From Escherichia coli (GTDB taxonomy: Bacteria; Pseudomonadota; Gammaproteobacteria; Enterobacterales; Enterobacteriaceae), in the NCBI RefSeq assembly GCF_024298765.1, contig NZ_CP101210.1: DNA of 64,000 nt; one strand, 5' to 3'. Below the pieces are notes generated by a model. It saw only the letters and a program-made list of their open reading frames with translations. It was not told where the DNA came from and made no database searches. A program made the position numbers and the translations under genes. Shown one piece after another: positions 1 to 15,740 of this stretch (position 1 is its first letter; every line of letters starts with the position of its first letter).

Positions 1-355
1 TAGCGCGCATTCTATGGAGACATGCGAGTTCATGCAACTAAAAAATTGCATAATTTGTTTTATTGGTCACATTTTATGCGACGCGATGAAGAAACAGCCG
101 AATGGAGGGCAGATTAGCACACTTTTTCAACATCATTGTGCTCAACAATGCGCTCCTGCTAAACCATAATTCTTTTTATCAGATGGAATATCTGTCACAT
201 TGCTTTTCAACGATAGCTTCCTGGGAGAGATTTTTTCTTATTATTCCTCCCCATCTGGTGTTACCCTCCTGCCCATTAACCCATTCAACAGAACTGTGGC
301 GCGCCATGGCAAATATCGCTTTGCCGATAGAGCTATGACCGCCAGAAACATGCTT

Positions 356-1306
356 ATGAGTATAAAAGAGCAAACGTTAATGACGCCTTACCTACAGTTT
401 GACCGCAACCAGTGGGCAGCTCTGCGTGATTCCGTACCTATGACGTTATCGGAAGATGAGATCGCCCGTCTCAAAGGTATTAATGAAGATCTCTCGTTAG
501 AAGAAGTTGCCGAGATCTATTTACCTCTATCACGTTTGCTGAACTTCTATATAAGCTCGAATCTGCGCCGTCAGGCAGTTCTGGAACAGTTTCTTGGTAC
601 CAACGGGCAACGCATTCCTTACATTATCAGTATTGCTGGTAGTGTCGCGGTGGGGAAAAGTACAACCGCCCGTGTATTGCAGGCGCTATTAAGCCGTTGG
701 CCGGAACATCGTCGTGTTGAACTGATCACTACAGATGGCTTCCTTCACCCTAATCAGGTTCTGAAAGAACGTGGTCTGATGAAGAAGAAAGGCTTCCCGG
801 AATCGTATGATATGCATCGCTTGGTGAAGTTTGTTTCCGATCTCAAATCCGGCGTGCCAAACGTTACAGCACCTGTTTACTCGCATCTTATTTATGATGT
901 GATCCCGGATGGAGATAAAACGGTTGTTCAGCCTGATATTTTAATTCTTGAAGGGTTAAATGTCTTACAGAGCGGGATGGATTATCCACACGATCCACAT
1001 CATGTATTTGTTTCTGATTTTGTCGATTTTTCGATATATGTTGATGCACCGGAAGACTTACTTCAGACGTGGTATATCAACCGTTTCCTGAAATTCCGCG
1101 AAGGGGCTTTTACAGACCCGGATTCCTATTTTCATAACTACGCGAAATTAACTAAAGAAGAAGCGATTAATACTGCCATGACGTTGTGGAAAGAGATCAA
1201 CTGGCTGAACTTAAAGCAAAATATTCTACCTACTCGCGAGCGCGCCAGTTTAATCCTAACGAAAAGTGCTAATCATGCGGTAGAAGAGGTCAGACTACGC
1301 AAATAA
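356..1306 (+). CDS. coaA: pantothenate kinase (type I)
   Basis: ORF 200..1306. The internal ATG at 356 gives [20 protein letters not shown]..., 316 aa, with P-loop GSVAVGKST. Matches E. coli CoaA as I recall it. The 5' ORF extension has no support. Confidence 0.95.
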   Translation: MSIKEQTLMTPYLQFDRNQWAALRDSVPMTLSEDEIARLKGINEDLSLEEVAEIYLPLSRLLNFYISSNLRRQAVLEQFLGTNGQRIPYIISIAGSVAVGKSTTARVLQALLSRWPEHRRVELITTDGFLHPNQVLKERGLMKKKGFPESYDMHRLVKFVSDLKSGVPNVTAPVYSHLIYDVIPDGDKTVVQPDILILEGLNVLQSGMDYPHDPHHVFVSDFVDFSIYVDAPEDLLQTWYINRFLKFREGAFTDPDSYFHNYAKLTKEEAINTAMTLWKEINWLNLKQNILPTRERASLILTKSANHAVEEVRLRK

Positions 1307-1311
1307 TTTTC

Positions 1312-1331
1312 AGGGGAGCTAATGCTCCCCT
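1312..1331. terminator. hairpin between convergent coaA and birA (aggggagc-taat-gctcccct)
   Basis: Perfect 8-bp inverted repeat read directly. It lies between two convergent stop codons and has T-rich flanks. Confidence 0.6.
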
Positions 1332-1334
1332 ATC

Positions 1335-2300
1335 TTATTTTTCCGCACTACGCAGGGATATTTCACCGCCCATCCAGGGTTTTATTATTCCATCCTGCTC
1401 AAGCAATAAAGCGCCCTGTTTGTCTATTCCACGTGAAATGCCAAATATTTCTTTATCACCAATGATAAGTTTCACTGGGCGATTAATAAAATTATCCAGC
1501 TTTTCCCAGCGCGAAAGATAAGGTGCCAATCCTTCTTGCTCGAAGAGTTCCAGCGCCGCGCGTAATTCACGTATGAGCATGGCCGCCAACGTATTACGAT
1601 CGAGATTGATTCCCGCTTCCTGCAGCGTGATCCACCCTTGATTAACGACACTCTCTTCAACACGACGCATTGCCATGTTGATCCCGGCTCCAATGACTAT
1701 TTGCGCCGCATCGCCGGTTTTGCCAGTTAGCTCCACAAGAATGCCTGCCAGCTTGCGATCCTGCAGATAGAGGTCATTAGGCCATTTAACACGAACTTTA
1801 TCTGCACCCAGCTTGCGTAATACTTCCGCCATCACGATACCGATAACCAGACTTAAACCAATCGCCGCCGCCGGGCCTTGTTCCAGACGCCAGAACATCG
1901 ACAAATATAAGTTTGCGCCAAAAGGCGAAAACCATTTCCGCCCCCGGCGACCACGGCCAGCCTGCTGGTATTCTGCAACACAGGCATCGCCCGATTTAAG
2001 CTCTCCGATACGATCAAGAAGGTACTGATTCGTGGAGTCAATAACGGGCAGCACAGTTACACTACCGCCATCCAGCTGACCCAATATCTGTTCAGCATTA
2101 AGTAACTGGATAGGCTCAGGCAGGCTGTATCCTTTACCCGGAACGGTAAAGACATCAACGCCCCAGTCACGCAGTGTCTGAATGTGTTTATTAATAGCCG
2201 CCCGGCTCATTCCTAACGTTTCACCCAACTGCTCACCAGAGTGAAATTCGCCATTCGCTAACAGCGCGATTAATTTCAGCGGAACGGTATTATCCTTCAT
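1335..2300 (-). CDS. birA: biotin-[acetyl-CoA-carboxylase] ligase / bio operon repressor
   Basis: 321-aa ORF starting [27 protein letters not shown]..., with an N-terminal wHTH and the GRGRRGR biotin-binding loop. Its start overlaps the murB stop (ATGA). Confidence 0.96.
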   Translation of the reverse strand: MKDNTVPLKLIALLANGEFHSGEQLGETLGMSRAAINKHIQTLRDWGVDVFTVPGKGYSLPEPIQLLNAEQILGQLDGGSVTVLPVIDSTNQYLLDRIGELKSGDACVAEYQQAGRGRRGRKWFSPFGANLYLSMFWRLEQGPAAAIGLSLVIGIVMAEVLRKLGADKVRVKWPNDLYLQDRKLAGILVELTGKTGDAAQIVIGAGINMAMRRVEESVVNQGWITLQEAGINLDRNTLAAMLIRELRAALELFEQEGLAPYLSRWEKLDNFINRPVKLIIGDKEIFGISRGIDKQGALLLEQDGIIKPWMGGEISLRSAEK

Positions 2301-3325
2301 GAAATCGTCTCCACTGCGCTAACTTCACCTGATGCACCAATAAAGCGAACTTCAGGCTCAAGCCAGACATTAAATTTTTCACCCACTTTTTGTCTTACAT
2401 GATGTGCCAGTTGCACCACATCTTCGCTTTTTGCATTGTCTTCATTAATGAGGACTAACGCCTGTTGACGGTGCACCGCAGCACCACCCATTTGCATCCC
2501 TTTTAGCTGGCACTGATCGATAAGCCAACCTGCTGCCAGTTTTACTGAACCATCCGCCTGGGGATAATTTGGTGCTGTTGGAAATTGTGCCAGTAATGCT
2601 TTAGCCGTTTCGGCAGATACAACAGGGTTTTTGAAGAAACTACCGGCATTGCCATTCACTTTTGGATCAGGGAGTTTGGTGGTGCGCATATGACACACCG
2701 CATTAAATACTTGCTGTGGCGTTACGGTTGTAGGATCCAGACGAGTTAAGTCACCATACGTTAGTACAGGTTGCCACTCTTTTGGCAGACGCAGACCTAC
2801 GGCTACAATGGCGAAGCGGTCCTGGTATTCATGTTTAAAAATACTGTCGCGATAGCCAAAACGGCACTCTTTGGCAGTTAAGCGCACTAGCTTGCCTGTC
2901 GCCAGTTCAACACAGTCAACATAAGCGCAAACTCGCTGTAATTCTACGCCATAAGCACCAATATTCTGGATAGGTGATGAGCCGACACAACCAGGAATTA
3001 ATGCCAGATTTTCCAGACCAGGCATACCTTCCTGCAAAGTGTATTTTACCAGGCGATGCCAGTTTTCTCCGGCTCCTACATGTAAATACCACGCATCAGG
3101 TTCATCATGAATTTCGATACCTTTAATCCGGTTGATGATCACCGTGCCGCGATAGTCTTCCAGAAAAAGTACATTACTTCCTTCACCCAGAATAAGAACG
3201 GGTTGTCCTTCTGCGGTTGCATGCTGCCAGGCATTGAGTAGTTGTTGTTCGTCTTCGGCACATACAATGTGCTGAGCATTATGATCAATGCCAAATGTGT
3301 TCCAGGGTTTTAAGGAGTGGTTCAT
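2297..3325 (-). CDS. murB: UDP-N-acetylenolpyruvoylglucosamine reductase
   Basis: 342-aa ORF starting [21 protein letters not shown]... It has the MurB FAD-binding fold signature and sits where K-12 murB does (rrnB-murB-birA). Confidence 0.96.
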   Translation of the reverse strand: MNHSLKPWNTFGIDHNAQHIVCAEDEQQLLNAWQHATAEGQPVLILGEGSNVLFLEDYRGTVIINRIKGIEIHDEPDAWYLHVGAGENWHRLVKYTLQEGMPGLENLALIPGCVGSSPIQNIGAYGVELQRVCAYVDCVELATGKLVRLTAKECRFGYRDSIFKHEYQDRFAIVAVGLRLPKEWQPVLTYGDLTRLDPTTVTPQQVFNAVCHMRTTKLPDPKVNGNAGSFFKNPVVSAETAKALLAQFPTAPNYPQADGSVKLAAGWLIDQCQLKGMQMGGAAVHRQQALVLINEDNAKSEDVVQLAHHVRQKVGEKFNVWLEPEVRFIGASGEVSAVETIS

Positions 3326-3417
3326 AGCTGCTTTCCTGATGCAAAAACGAGGCTAGTTTACCGTATCTGCGGGGGGATGGCTTGTAGATATGATGACAGG
3401 AAGAGTTTGTAGAAACG

Positions 3418-3446
3418 CAAAAAGGCCCAGTCTTCCGACCGAGCCT
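3418..3446 (-). terminator. intrinsic terminator downstream of 5S rRNA
   Basis: In the rRNA-sense strand the sequence reads aggcucggucGGAAgacugggccuUUUUUg. This is a 10-bp stem with two G-U pairs followed by a U-run. Confidence 0.65.
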
Positions 3447-3459
3447 TCTGCTTAATTTG

Positions 3460-3579
3460 ATGCCTGGCAGTTCCCTACTCTCGCATGGGGAGACCCCACA
3501 CTACCATCAGCGCTACGGCGTTTCACTTCTGAGTTCGGCATGGGGTCAGGTGGGACCACCGCGCTAAGGCCGCCAGGCA
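3460..3579 (-). rRNA. rrfB: 5S ribosomal RNA
   Basis: The reverse complement starts TGCCTGGCGGCC... and ends ...GGGAACTGCCAGGCAT. It is 120 nt. Confidence 0.97.
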
Positions 3580-3677
3580 AATTCTGTTTTATCAACACGT
3601 CTCGTTATGACCTGTCGATTTAATCTGTATCAGGCTGAAAATCTTCTCTCTATCCGCCAAAACACCTTCGGCGTTGT

Positions 3678-6583
<2,906 letters not shown>

Positions 6584-6767
6584 TCACAACCCGAAGATGT
6601 TTCACTTCAGAGTTGCGAAAATTTGAGAGACTCACGAACAACTTTCGTTGTTCAGTGTTTCAATTTTCAGCTTGATCCAGATTTTTAAAGAGCAAATATC
6701 TCAAACATCACCCGAAGATGAGTTTTGAGATATTAAGGCAGGTGACTTTCACTCACAAACCAGCAAG

Positions 6768-6843
6768 TGGCGTCCCCTAGGGGATTCGAACCCCTGTTAC
6801 CGCCGTGAAAGGGCGGTGTCCTGGGCCTCTAGACGAAGGGGAC
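6768..6843 (-). tRNA. gltT: tRNA-Glu (UUC) in the 16S-23S spacer
   Basis: Reverse complement is GTCCCCTTCGTCTAGAGGCCCAGGACACCGCCCTTTCACGGCGGTAACAGGGGTTCGAATCCCCTAGGGGACGCCA, 76 nt with an encoded CCA. Confidence 0.97.
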
Positions 6844-6928
6844 GTATCAGTCTGCTTCGCAAGACGCCTTGCTTTTCACTTTCTATCAGACAATCTGTGT
6901 GAGCACTGCAAAGAACGCTTCTTTAAGG

Positions 6929-8470
<1,542 letters not shown>

Positions 8471-8602
8471 AAAAGTTTGATGCTCAAAGAATTAAACTTC
8501 GTAATGAATTACGTGTTCACTCTTGAGACTTGGTATTCATTTTTCGTCTTGCGACGTTAAGAATCCGTATCTTCGAGTGCCCACACAGATTGTCTGATAA
8601 AT

Positions 8603-8614
8603 TGTTAAAGAGCA
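8603..8614 (-). promoter_or_regulatory. rrn leader boxA antitermination element
   Basis: Reverse complement is TGCTCTTTAACA, upstream of the 16S 5' end. A second boxA-like copy (tgctctttaaa) lies in the 16S-23S spacer near 6684..6694. Confidence 0.6.
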
Positions 8615-8651
8615 GTGCCGCTTCGCTTTTTCTCAGCGGCGCGGGGTGTGC

Positions 8652-8679
8652 ATGATACACTTTCCCGCTACAGAGTCAA
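8652..8679 (-). promoter_or_regulatory. rrn P2 promoter
   Basis: Minus-strand sequence is TTGACT-N16-TATCAT (ttgactctgtagcgggaaagtgtatcat). The position matches rrnB P2 as I recall it. Confidence 0.7.
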
Positions 8680-8770
8680 GCATTTATTTTTGCTTTCTCT
8701 GCCGGAATTCTCAGGAGAACCCCGCTGACCCGGCGGCGTGTTTGCCGTTGTTCCGTGTCAGTGGTGGCGC

Positions 8771-8822
8771 ATTATAGGGAGTTATTCCGGCCTGACAAGA
8801 GGAAATTTAAAATAATTTTCTG
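8771..8822 (-). promoter_or_regulatory. rrn P1 promoter with A/T-rich UP element
   Basis: Minus-strand sequence is TTGTCA-N16-TATAAT, followed by the discriminator gcgccacc. It is preceded by gaaaattattttaaatttcc (UP element). Confidence 0.8.
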
Positions 8823-8843
8823 ACCGCGCAACATTCAACCAAA

Positions 8844-9701
8844 TCAGTCTAAAACTGCCAGTTTTTCGAGCGTTTCGAAGCCGTAACGCTGTAAAACGGG
8901 CAATAATTGTTCAGCTTCTGGCGTCATTGCCATACAAAAGGCAATATTCGCATCGGCAGATTTTGCATCCGGGGCTTCATGTTCTAACAGCCAGGCCGTT
9001 CGGCGAGCAATCGCTGCGCCAGAATCCACCAGCCGGGTTCCCTCTGGCAGCACCTGTAACAGTTCTTCTTGTAGTAGAGGGAAATGGGTACACCCCAGTA
9101 CAACGGTATCTGGCGGCTCTTTCATTCTTAACCACGGACGCAAGATACGTTTTAGCGCATCCAGAGAAACATCTTCGCCATGCAGCTTCGCTTCAGCCAA
9201 CTCGACCATCTCTGCCGAGCCCAGCATTTCTATCTGGCATTCATTAGCGAAACGCGCGATCAGCTCATGAGTATAAGAACGTTTAACAGTTCCGCGGGTT
9301 GCCAGTAATCCGACAATGCCATTTGCCGTCAGACGTGCAGCAGGTTTAATCGCCGGCACGACACCAACAACCGGGAAGTCGAACTTTTCGCGTAATGCAG
9401 GAAGTGAAACGGTACTGGCGGTGTTGCAAGCGACCACAGCCAGCGCAAGGGGATAACGTTCTTGCACTGCGGTGACAATTGCCACCACTCGCTCAACAAT
9501 AAACTCTTCGCTTTTTTCGCCATACGGGAAAGCGACGTTATCGAAAGCATAAATGTAATGGAGATCCGGTAAGAGATGCCGGATCTCGTCATAGACCGAC
9601 AACCCACCGACGCCGGAGTCAAACACCAGCACGGTGGGACGTGGTTCAGAAGGTGTAGCTGCCAGACAAGGTGTATTCCCGTCCTGCAGTTTGGTAGCCA
9701 T
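8844..9701 (-). CDS. murI: glutamate racemase
   Basis: ORF 8844..9713. The ATG at 9701 gives [37 protein letters not shown]..., 285 aa. An alternative start at 9713 adds MRQS. The 5' end overlaps the btuB 3' end by 56 nt. Confidence 0.93.
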   Translation of the reverse strand: MATKLQDGNTPCLAATPSEPRPTVLVFDSGVGGLSVYDEIRHLLPDLHYIYAFDNVAFPYGEKSEEFIVERVVAIVTAVQERYPLALAVVACNTASTVSLPALREKFDFPVVGVVPAIKPAARLTANGIVGLLATRGTVKRSYTHELIARFANECQIEMLGSAEMVELAEAKLHGEDVSLDALKRILRPWLRMKEPPDTVVLGCTHFPLLQEELLQVLPEGTRLVDSGAAIARRTAWLLEHEAPDAKSADANIAFCMAMTPEAEQLLPVLQRYGFETLEKLAVLD

Positions 9702-11490
9702 AGACTGTCTCATAATCTTTGTCGAACAGGTTGGCTATTTTACCACGAACTGTCAGATGAGAGGTGACCGGATACGCAACCGCAAGATCCCACAAGCTCA
9801 CACCGCCCATTTTGACTGACTTATAGGGCCAGGATGAGTAATCCGAATCGTATCGCGATCCCAGATATTGATAAGTTACACCCCAGTCAAAATCGAACAC
9901 TTGCCAGTCGAGCTGATACTTTACTTGCTGTTTAGGACGACGTTCTAACGGTTTGTCAGTTAAGGCATTTCTGGCATCCGTATAATCGTAGCTAACGGTA
10001 TGCACCAGCGGTCCAGTCTCGAAGTTTGCTGTAGATTCAATACCCTTAATATGCACCTTTGCGTCGTTATAATATCTTTCGCAGTTTTGGGTACAATTAA
10101 TCATATCACTGATATCATTACGGTATCCTGAAATTCGCCAGTTCACTCCTGCTGTTAAGCCTTCAAACGCCCCTTCCCACTGTTTGCTTTTTTCTGGATC
10201 GAGATTCGGATTACCTTTGTAACCATATAACTGACCGAGATTTGGCGCTTTAAATGCAGTTCCATAGGAAGCGATAAAGCGATAGCCTTCAATAAACTCC
10301 CATCCCACACTGGATTGCCATGTTGTGTGGCGATCAAATTGCGAGTTGTCGTCATTACGCACCGCGCCTTCTAACGTAAAATCGCCAACTTTTTGTAATC
10401 CAGTCAGATAAATCCCCGTGTTACGCTGATCGTAACCTTTTGGCAAATATCCAGTTCCAGGAGTAGTGGATTGTTTTTGCCAGTCGATACCAGCTCCAAC
10501 ATCACCGTGACCGACTGTGACGCTATTTGTCCACTGGAGATTGTATTGTTTCATCTCATCCAGGTTAGCTGATGCGTCATAGCGTCCATAATGTGGATCG
10601 TAGTTGTAATCTTTACTATGGCTATAACTGGAAACAAGTTGAGATTGCAGTGTTTCGCCAGCGTAGCGAAGACCCGCATCCCAGCTTTGACTATAAAGTT
10701 TTCGTGTATCAATCAGCGGAGAACCAGGAGAGTACCAGGCGTCATATTTAGTTCGGTTATCATAGCCGTAGCCACGAACAAATCCGCTCCACGTATCAGA
10801 GAAGTTATGTTCAAGTTTGCCGTAGAGTGTTTTACTTAAAAAACCGTCTCTGTCTGACTGTGGCTGCATCCCAGTGTTGCCATAGGCAACGACATCAAAT
10901 CCCCTGGTATAGGCATAATCACCAAGAAGTGTTACTTGAGTATTTTCACCAATTTGTTGCTGAGTGGAAATATCGTAATTTTGATAACTATTACTTCCCC
11001 ATCCGGCTGAAATTTCAGTGCCAGTATTCTCACGGGAGGTAATAATATTTATCACACCGCCAATGGCATCTGAGCCATAAATCGCTGAACGTGGCCCACG
11101 GATATATTCGATACGCTGCACCAAAGCGATCGGAAACTGGCTCAGGTCAGCCGATCCGCTAACACCTGCTAAATTCAGACGTACACCATCAATTAAAACC
11201 AGTGCATGGTTAGAGTTCGTGCCTCGAATAAAAATAGTTGAGAGCTGACCTTCTCCTCCATTTTGTGCAATTGCCACACCAGGCAAACGGCGGAGAACAT
11301 CATTTACAGAGGAAACTTGCCATCGTTCAATATCCTCACGTGTCACGACAGTGACAGGAGCAAGCACGGCACTTAATGGTTCCTGAAAACGGTTAGCAGT
11401 AACAACGAGAGTATCCGGGCTGGTATCCTGTGCCCAAGCAGAAAAAGCTGTGACAGAACACGCCGTCAGCAGCGAAGCTTTTTTAATCAT
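9646..11490 (-). CDS. btuB: TonB-dependent cobalamin outer-membrane transporter (divergent allele)
   Basis: ORF 9646..11535. The ATG at 11490 gives [35 protein letters not shown]... (signal peptide, TonB box DTLVVTA) and a C-terminal ...YTLSGSYTF. It is 614 aa. The central part differs markedly from K-12 BtuB (see findings). Confidence 0.95.
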   Translation of the reverse strand: MIKKASLLTACSVTAFSAWAQDTSPDTLVVTANRFQEPLSAVLAPVTVVTREDIERWQVSSVNDVLRRLPGVAIAQNGGEGQLSTIFIRGTNSNHALVLIDGVRLNLAGVSGSADLSQFPIALVQRIEYIRGPRSAIYGSDAIGGVINIITSRENTGTEISAGWGSNSYQNYDISTQQQIGENTQVTLLGDYAYTRGFDVVAYGNTGMQPQSDRDGFLSKTLYGKLEHNFSDTWSGFVRGYGYDNRTKYDAWYSPGSPLIDTRKLYSQSWDAGLRYAGETLQSQLVSSYSHSKDYNYDPHYGRYDASANLDEMKQYNLQWTNSVTVGHGDVGAGIDWQKQSTTPGTGYLPKGYDQRNTGIYLTGLQKVGDFTLEGAVRNDDNSQFDRHTTWQSSVGWEFIEGYRFIASYGTAFKAPNLGQLYGYKGNPNLDPEKSKQWEGAFEGLTAGVNWRISGYRNDISDMINCTQNCERYYNDAKVHIKGIESTANFETGPLVHTVSYDYTDARNALTDKPLERRPKQQVKYQLDWQVFDFDWGVTYQYLGSRYDSDYSSWPYKSVKMGGVSLWDLAVAYPVTSHLTVRGKIANLFDKDYETVYGYQTAGREYTLSGSYTF

Positions 11491-11730
11491 TGTAAAGCAT
11501 CCACAATAGAAGAAGGATGCCGCAGGTTTCATCAATATTACGCGATGATGAGAACCAGATGCGACGTTAGCCGGCAGGTCTTCGGGCTTGGAGGGGTATC
11601 TAAGATACTAAGAGATGATGACTTCCCACCGGATGGCAGTGTCCGCATAACGCAATCATCGCACCTTTCCTTACCGCTGCGCGTCAGCTCCAGATTCGCA
11701 CTGGATTCCCTATTAACTCACAGGACCGGC
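11491..11730 (-). promoter_or_regulatory. cobalamin (AdoCbl) riboswitch / btuB leader
   Basis: The minus strand reads gccggtcctgtgagttaatagggaatccagtgcgaatctggagctgacgcgcagcggtaaggaaaggtgcg... and contains the B12 box agcccgaagacctgccgg (reverse complement of 11571..11588). A leader of about 240 nt directly precedes the btuB ATG. Confidence 0.9.
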
Positions 11731-11858
11731 AAGTGGATGCTACAGGTTGTAACAAGTTACTGTCCAGACGTAGCTCACAAATAGGAATTCATCAAGATCT
11801 GGACATCTGATGAGCAATCCCTACAATCGCCGCGTACTTTAATTTTTCAGGATACATC

Positions 11859-12959
11859 ATGACCCCCGAACACCTTCCAACAGAACAGTATGAAGCGCAG
11901 TTAGCCGAAAAAGTGGTACGTTTGCAAAGTATGATGGCACCGTTTTCTGACCTGGTTCCGGAAGTGTTTCGCTCGCCGGTCAGTCATTATCGGATGCGTG
12001 CGGAGTTCCGCATCTGGCACGATGGCGATGACCTGTACCACATCATTTTCGATCAACAAACCAAAAGTCGTATCCGTGTGGATAGCTTCCCCGCCGCCAG
12101 TGAACTTATCAACCAGTTGATGACGGCGATGATTGCGGGTGTGCGTAATAATCCCATTCTGCGCCACAAGTTGTTCCAGATTGATTACCTCACTACGCTA
12201 AGCAATCAAGCGGTTGTTTCCTTGCTGTACCATAAAAAGCTGGATGATGAGTGGCGTCAGCAGGCGGAAGCCCTGCGCGATGCACTGCGCGCGCAGAATC
12301 TGAATGTGCATCTGATTGGTCGGGCAACGAAAACCAAAATCGAGCTGGACCAGGATTACATCGATGAACGTCTGCCGGTCGCAGGGAAAGAGATGATCTA
12401 CCGTCAGGTAGAAAACAGCTTTACCCAGCCGAACGCGGCGATGAATATTCAGATGCTGGAATGGGCGCTGGACGTAACCAAAGGCTCAAAAGGCGATTTG
12501 CTGGAGCTGTACTGCGGCAACGGTAACTTTTCATTAGCACTGGCGCGCAATTTTGATCGGGTATTAGCCACCGAAATCGCTAAGCCGTCGGTCGCTGCCG
12601 CGCAATACAACATTGCCGCTAACCATATTGATAACGTACAAATTATTCGTATGGCGGCAGAAGAATTTACTCAGGCGATGAATGGCGTACGCGAGTTTAA
12701 CCGCCTGCAAGGAATCGACTTAAAGAGTTATCAGTGCGAAACCATTTTTGTCGACCCACCGCGCAGCGGTCTGGACAGTGAAACCGAGAAAATGGTGCAG
12801 GCGTATCCACGTATTCTGTATATCTCCTGCAATCCGGAAACGTTATGCAAGAATCTGGAAACATTAAGCCAGACGCACAAGGTCGAACGTCTGGCTCTGT
12901 TTGATCAGTTCCCCTACACGCACCATATGGAGTGCGGCGTATTACTGACCGCGAAGTAA
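11859..12959 (+). CDS. trmA: tRNA (uracil54-C5)-methyltransferase
   Basis: 366-aa ORF starting [29 protein letters not shown]..., with a SAM-binding motif [15 protein letters not shown] and catalytic Cys context [11 protein letters not shown]. Confidence 0.96.
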   Translation: MTPEHLPTEQYEAQLAEKVVRLQSMMAPFSDLVPEVFRSPVSHYRMRAEFRIWHDGDDLYHIIFDQQTKSRIRVDSFPAASELINQLMTAMIAGVRNNPILRHKLFQIDYLTTLSNQAVVSLLYHKKLDDEWRQQAEALRDALRAQNLNVHLIGRATKTKIELDQDYIDERLPVAGKEMIYRQVENSFTQPNAAMNIQMLEWALDVTKGSKGDLLELYCGNGNFSLALARNFDRVLATEIAKPSVAAAQYNIAANHIDNVQIIRMAAEEFTQAMNGVREFNRLQGIDLKSYQCETIFVDPPRSGLDSETEKMVQAYPRILYISCNPETLCKNLETLSQTHKVERLALFDQFPYTHHMECGVLLTAK

Positions 12960-12964
12960 AACCC

Positions 12965-12990
12965 ATGCCGGATGCACCAGCATCCGGCAT
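12965..12990. terminator. hairpin between convergent trmA and yijD
   Basis: atgccggatg-caccag-catccggcat is a perfect 10-bp inverted repeat. There is no clear U-run, so its function is uncertain. Confidence 0.45.
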
Positions 12991-12998
12991 GATACCGA

Positions 12999-13358
12999 TT
13001 ACTCAGCAACTTCCTGCTTACGGTTACGCATCTTCGCGCCAATCCAGAACACCATAATGACGGAGAGTACTGCCGGGAAGAAGTTAGAGCCGATATCCGG
13101 ATATTCCGCACGAACTACCGTGCTGTACAGCAGTACGCCGAGAATAAAACAGGCAGCTGCCAGACCCGGCAAGCCTACCGGCATGGTGCGATTAAGATAA
13201 CGTTGATGCAGGCAGTAAACCGTCAGCAACAGGGAAATAATCGGGAATACAGAAAATGGCACAATGGAGCTAAACAGCGCTGCGAAAGTACCATTAATCG
13301 ATAAGCCAGCAACCAACGCCAGCAGCAGCGTACCTCTATCTTGATTTGCTTGTTTCAT
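12999..13358 (-). CDS. yijD: small inner-membrane protein (DUF1422 family)
   Basis: 119-aa ORF starting [25 protein letters not shown]..., with four hydrophobic segments. Its start shares one nucleotide with the fabR stop, which suggests translational coupling. Confidence 0.9.
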   Translation of the reverse strand: MKQANQDRGTLLLALVAGLSINGTFAALFSSIVPFSVFPIISLLLTVYCLHQRYLNRTMPVGLPGLAAACFILGVLLYSTVVRAEYPDIGSNFFPAVLSVIMVFWIGAKMRNRKQEVAE

Positions 13359-14005
13359 TACTCGTCCTTCACATTTCCCGGAATAATTGCGGTTTTCTCT
13401 TGTTCACGGCGATACCAGTAATAAGCCCCTTTAGAAATCATTCGCAGTTGCAGTACCAGTCGCTCTTCTAATTGCCGACGTTGTTCGACGCCGACATCCA
13501 ACGCCTCGGCCCCCGCACTGAAGACAATCGTCACCATTGCTTCGGCTTGCGCTTCAGTAAACGCACGCGGCATATGGTTTTCGAGTTCCAGATAGTCCGC
13601 AAGTTCCGCAATGAAGTGCTGAATTTCACGCGCAACGGCGGCACGAAACGCAGCGGAGGTGCCGGAGCGTTCCCGCAATAATAACCGGAAGGCGTTAGGA
13701 TTATTACCGATGAACTCCATAAATGTGGAGACCGAGGTGCGGATCACACTCCCGCCTTTGGCGATACGCTGACGCGCCTGACGCATGAGTTGGCGTAGCA
13801 TTAAACCGCTCTCATCAACCATGGTCAGACCCAGTTCGTCTACGTCGCGGAAATGCCGATAAAAAGAGGTGGGAGCAATGCCCGCTTCACGCGCCACTTC
13901 ACGCAAACTCAGGCTGGCGAAGCTGCGTTCAGCACTTAATTGGCTAAATGCGGCTTCCACCAGCGAACGGCGGGTTTTTTCTTTTTGTTGCGCTCTTACG
14001 CCCAT
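13358..14005 (-). CDS. fabR: TetR-family repressor of unsaturated fatty-acid synthesis
   Basis: ORF 13358..14101. The ATG at 14005 gives [52 protein letters not shown]... (TetR HTH), 215 aa. An alternative upstream ATG at 14062 would give 234 aa. Confidence 0.9.
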
Positions 14006-14339
14006 CACGATGTCTGAATCCTTGCCAAAAGTACTGCTGGCACTATACCAGAGAATGAACATACTGGATTGCTCCAGTATTGTGAATGAACGGTAACGCA
14101 ATAAAACATATTTACTGCAATTCTTTGGCCGGTTCTTTTACGTACAACGGAAACCTGCCGCTTAAACGGAGAGTATCGTCGATAAAAATCCAATAAAACG
14201 TTCAGGTCAAAAGTAAGAAACAGACAAAGCAAAGGCCGCTCACGATATAGCCAGATAAATGACGGGGATCAATTGGCTTACCCGCGATAAAATGTTATCA
14301 TTCTGTTGCTTTTATGTATAAGAACAGGTAAGCCCTACC

Positions 14340-15740
14340 ATGCCACATTCCTACGATTACGATGCCATAGTAATAGGTTCCGGCCCCGGCGGCGAAGGCG
14401 CTGCAATGGGCCTGGTTAAGCAAGGTGCGCGCGTCGCAGTTATCGAGCGTTATCAAAATGTTGGCGGCGGTTGCACCCACTGGGGCACCATCCCGTCGAA
14501 AGCTCTCCGTCACGCCGTCAGCCGCATTATAGAATTTAATCAAAACCCACTTTACAGCGACCATTCGCGACTGCTCCGCTCTTCTTTTGCCGATATCCTT
14601 AACCATGCCGATAACGTGATTAATCAACAAACGCGCATGCGTCAGGGATTTTACGAACGTAATCACTGTGAAATATTGCAGGGGAACGCTCGCTTTGTTG
14701 ACGAGCACACGCTGGCGCTGGATTGCCCGGACGGCAGCGTCGAGACACTAACCGCTGAAAAATTTGTTATTGCTTGCGGCTCTCGTCCATATCATCCAAC
14801 AGATGTTGATTTCACGCATCCACGCATTTACGACAGCGACTCAATTCTTAGCATGCACCACGAACCGCGCCATGTACTTATCTATGGTGCTGGAGTGATC
14901 GGCTGTGAATATGCGTCGATCTTCCGCGGTATGGATGTAAAAGTGGATCTGATCAACACCCGCGATCGCCTGCTGGCATTTCTCGATCAAGAGATGTCAG
15001 ATTCTCTCTCCTATCACTTCTGGAACAGTGGCGTAGTGATTCGTCACAACGAAGAGTACGAGAAGATCGAAGGCTGTGACGACGGTGTGATCATGCATTT
15101 GAAGTCGGGTAAAAAACTGAAAGCTGACTGCCTGCTCTATGCCAACGGTCGCACCGGTAATACCGATTCGCTGGCGTTACAGAACATTGGGCTGGAAACT
15201 GACAGCCGCGGACAGCTGAAGGTCAACAGCATGTATCAGACCGCACAGCCGCACGTTTACGCGGTGGGCGACGTGATTGGTTATCCGAGCCTGGCGTCGG
15301 CGGCCTATGACCAGGGGCGCATTGCCGCGCAGGCGCTGGTGAAAGGTGAAGCCACCGCACATCTGATTGAAGATATCCCTACCGGTATTTACACCATCCC
15401 GGAAATCAGCTCTGTGGGCAAAACCGAACAGCAGCTGACCGCGATGAAAGTGCCATATGAAGTGGGCCGCGCCCAGTTTAAACATCTGGCACGTGCACAA
15501 ATCGTCGGCATGAACGTGGGCACGCTGAAAATTTTGTTCCATCGGGAAACAAAAGAGATTCTGGGTATTCACTGCTTTGGCGAGCGCGCTGCCGAAATTA
15601 TTCATATCGGTCAGGCGATTATGGAACAGAAAGGTGGCGGCAACACTATTGAGTACTTCGTCAACACCACCTTTAACTACCCGACGATGGCGGAAGCCTA
15701 TCGGGTAGCTGCGCTAAATGGCTTAAACCGCCTGTTTTAA
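14340..15740 (+). CDS. sthA: soluble pyridine nucleotide transhydrogenase
   Basis: 466-aa ORF starting [25 protein letters not shown]..., with two Rossmann GxGxxG motifs (GSGPGG, GAGVIG). Its 3' end overlaps the convergent oxyR by 18 nt. Confidence 0.96.

Noticed and set aside
1312-1331. The similarity between the coaA/birA hairpin (aggggagc-taat-gctcccct) and the argH hairpin at 19921..19941 (gctcccc-attttc-aggggagc), considered as a possible dispersed repeat family.
   Set aside because: Only the 7-8 nt G/C arms coincide, and in swapped order. The loops and flanks differ. This is most simply coincidental similarity between short terminator stems.
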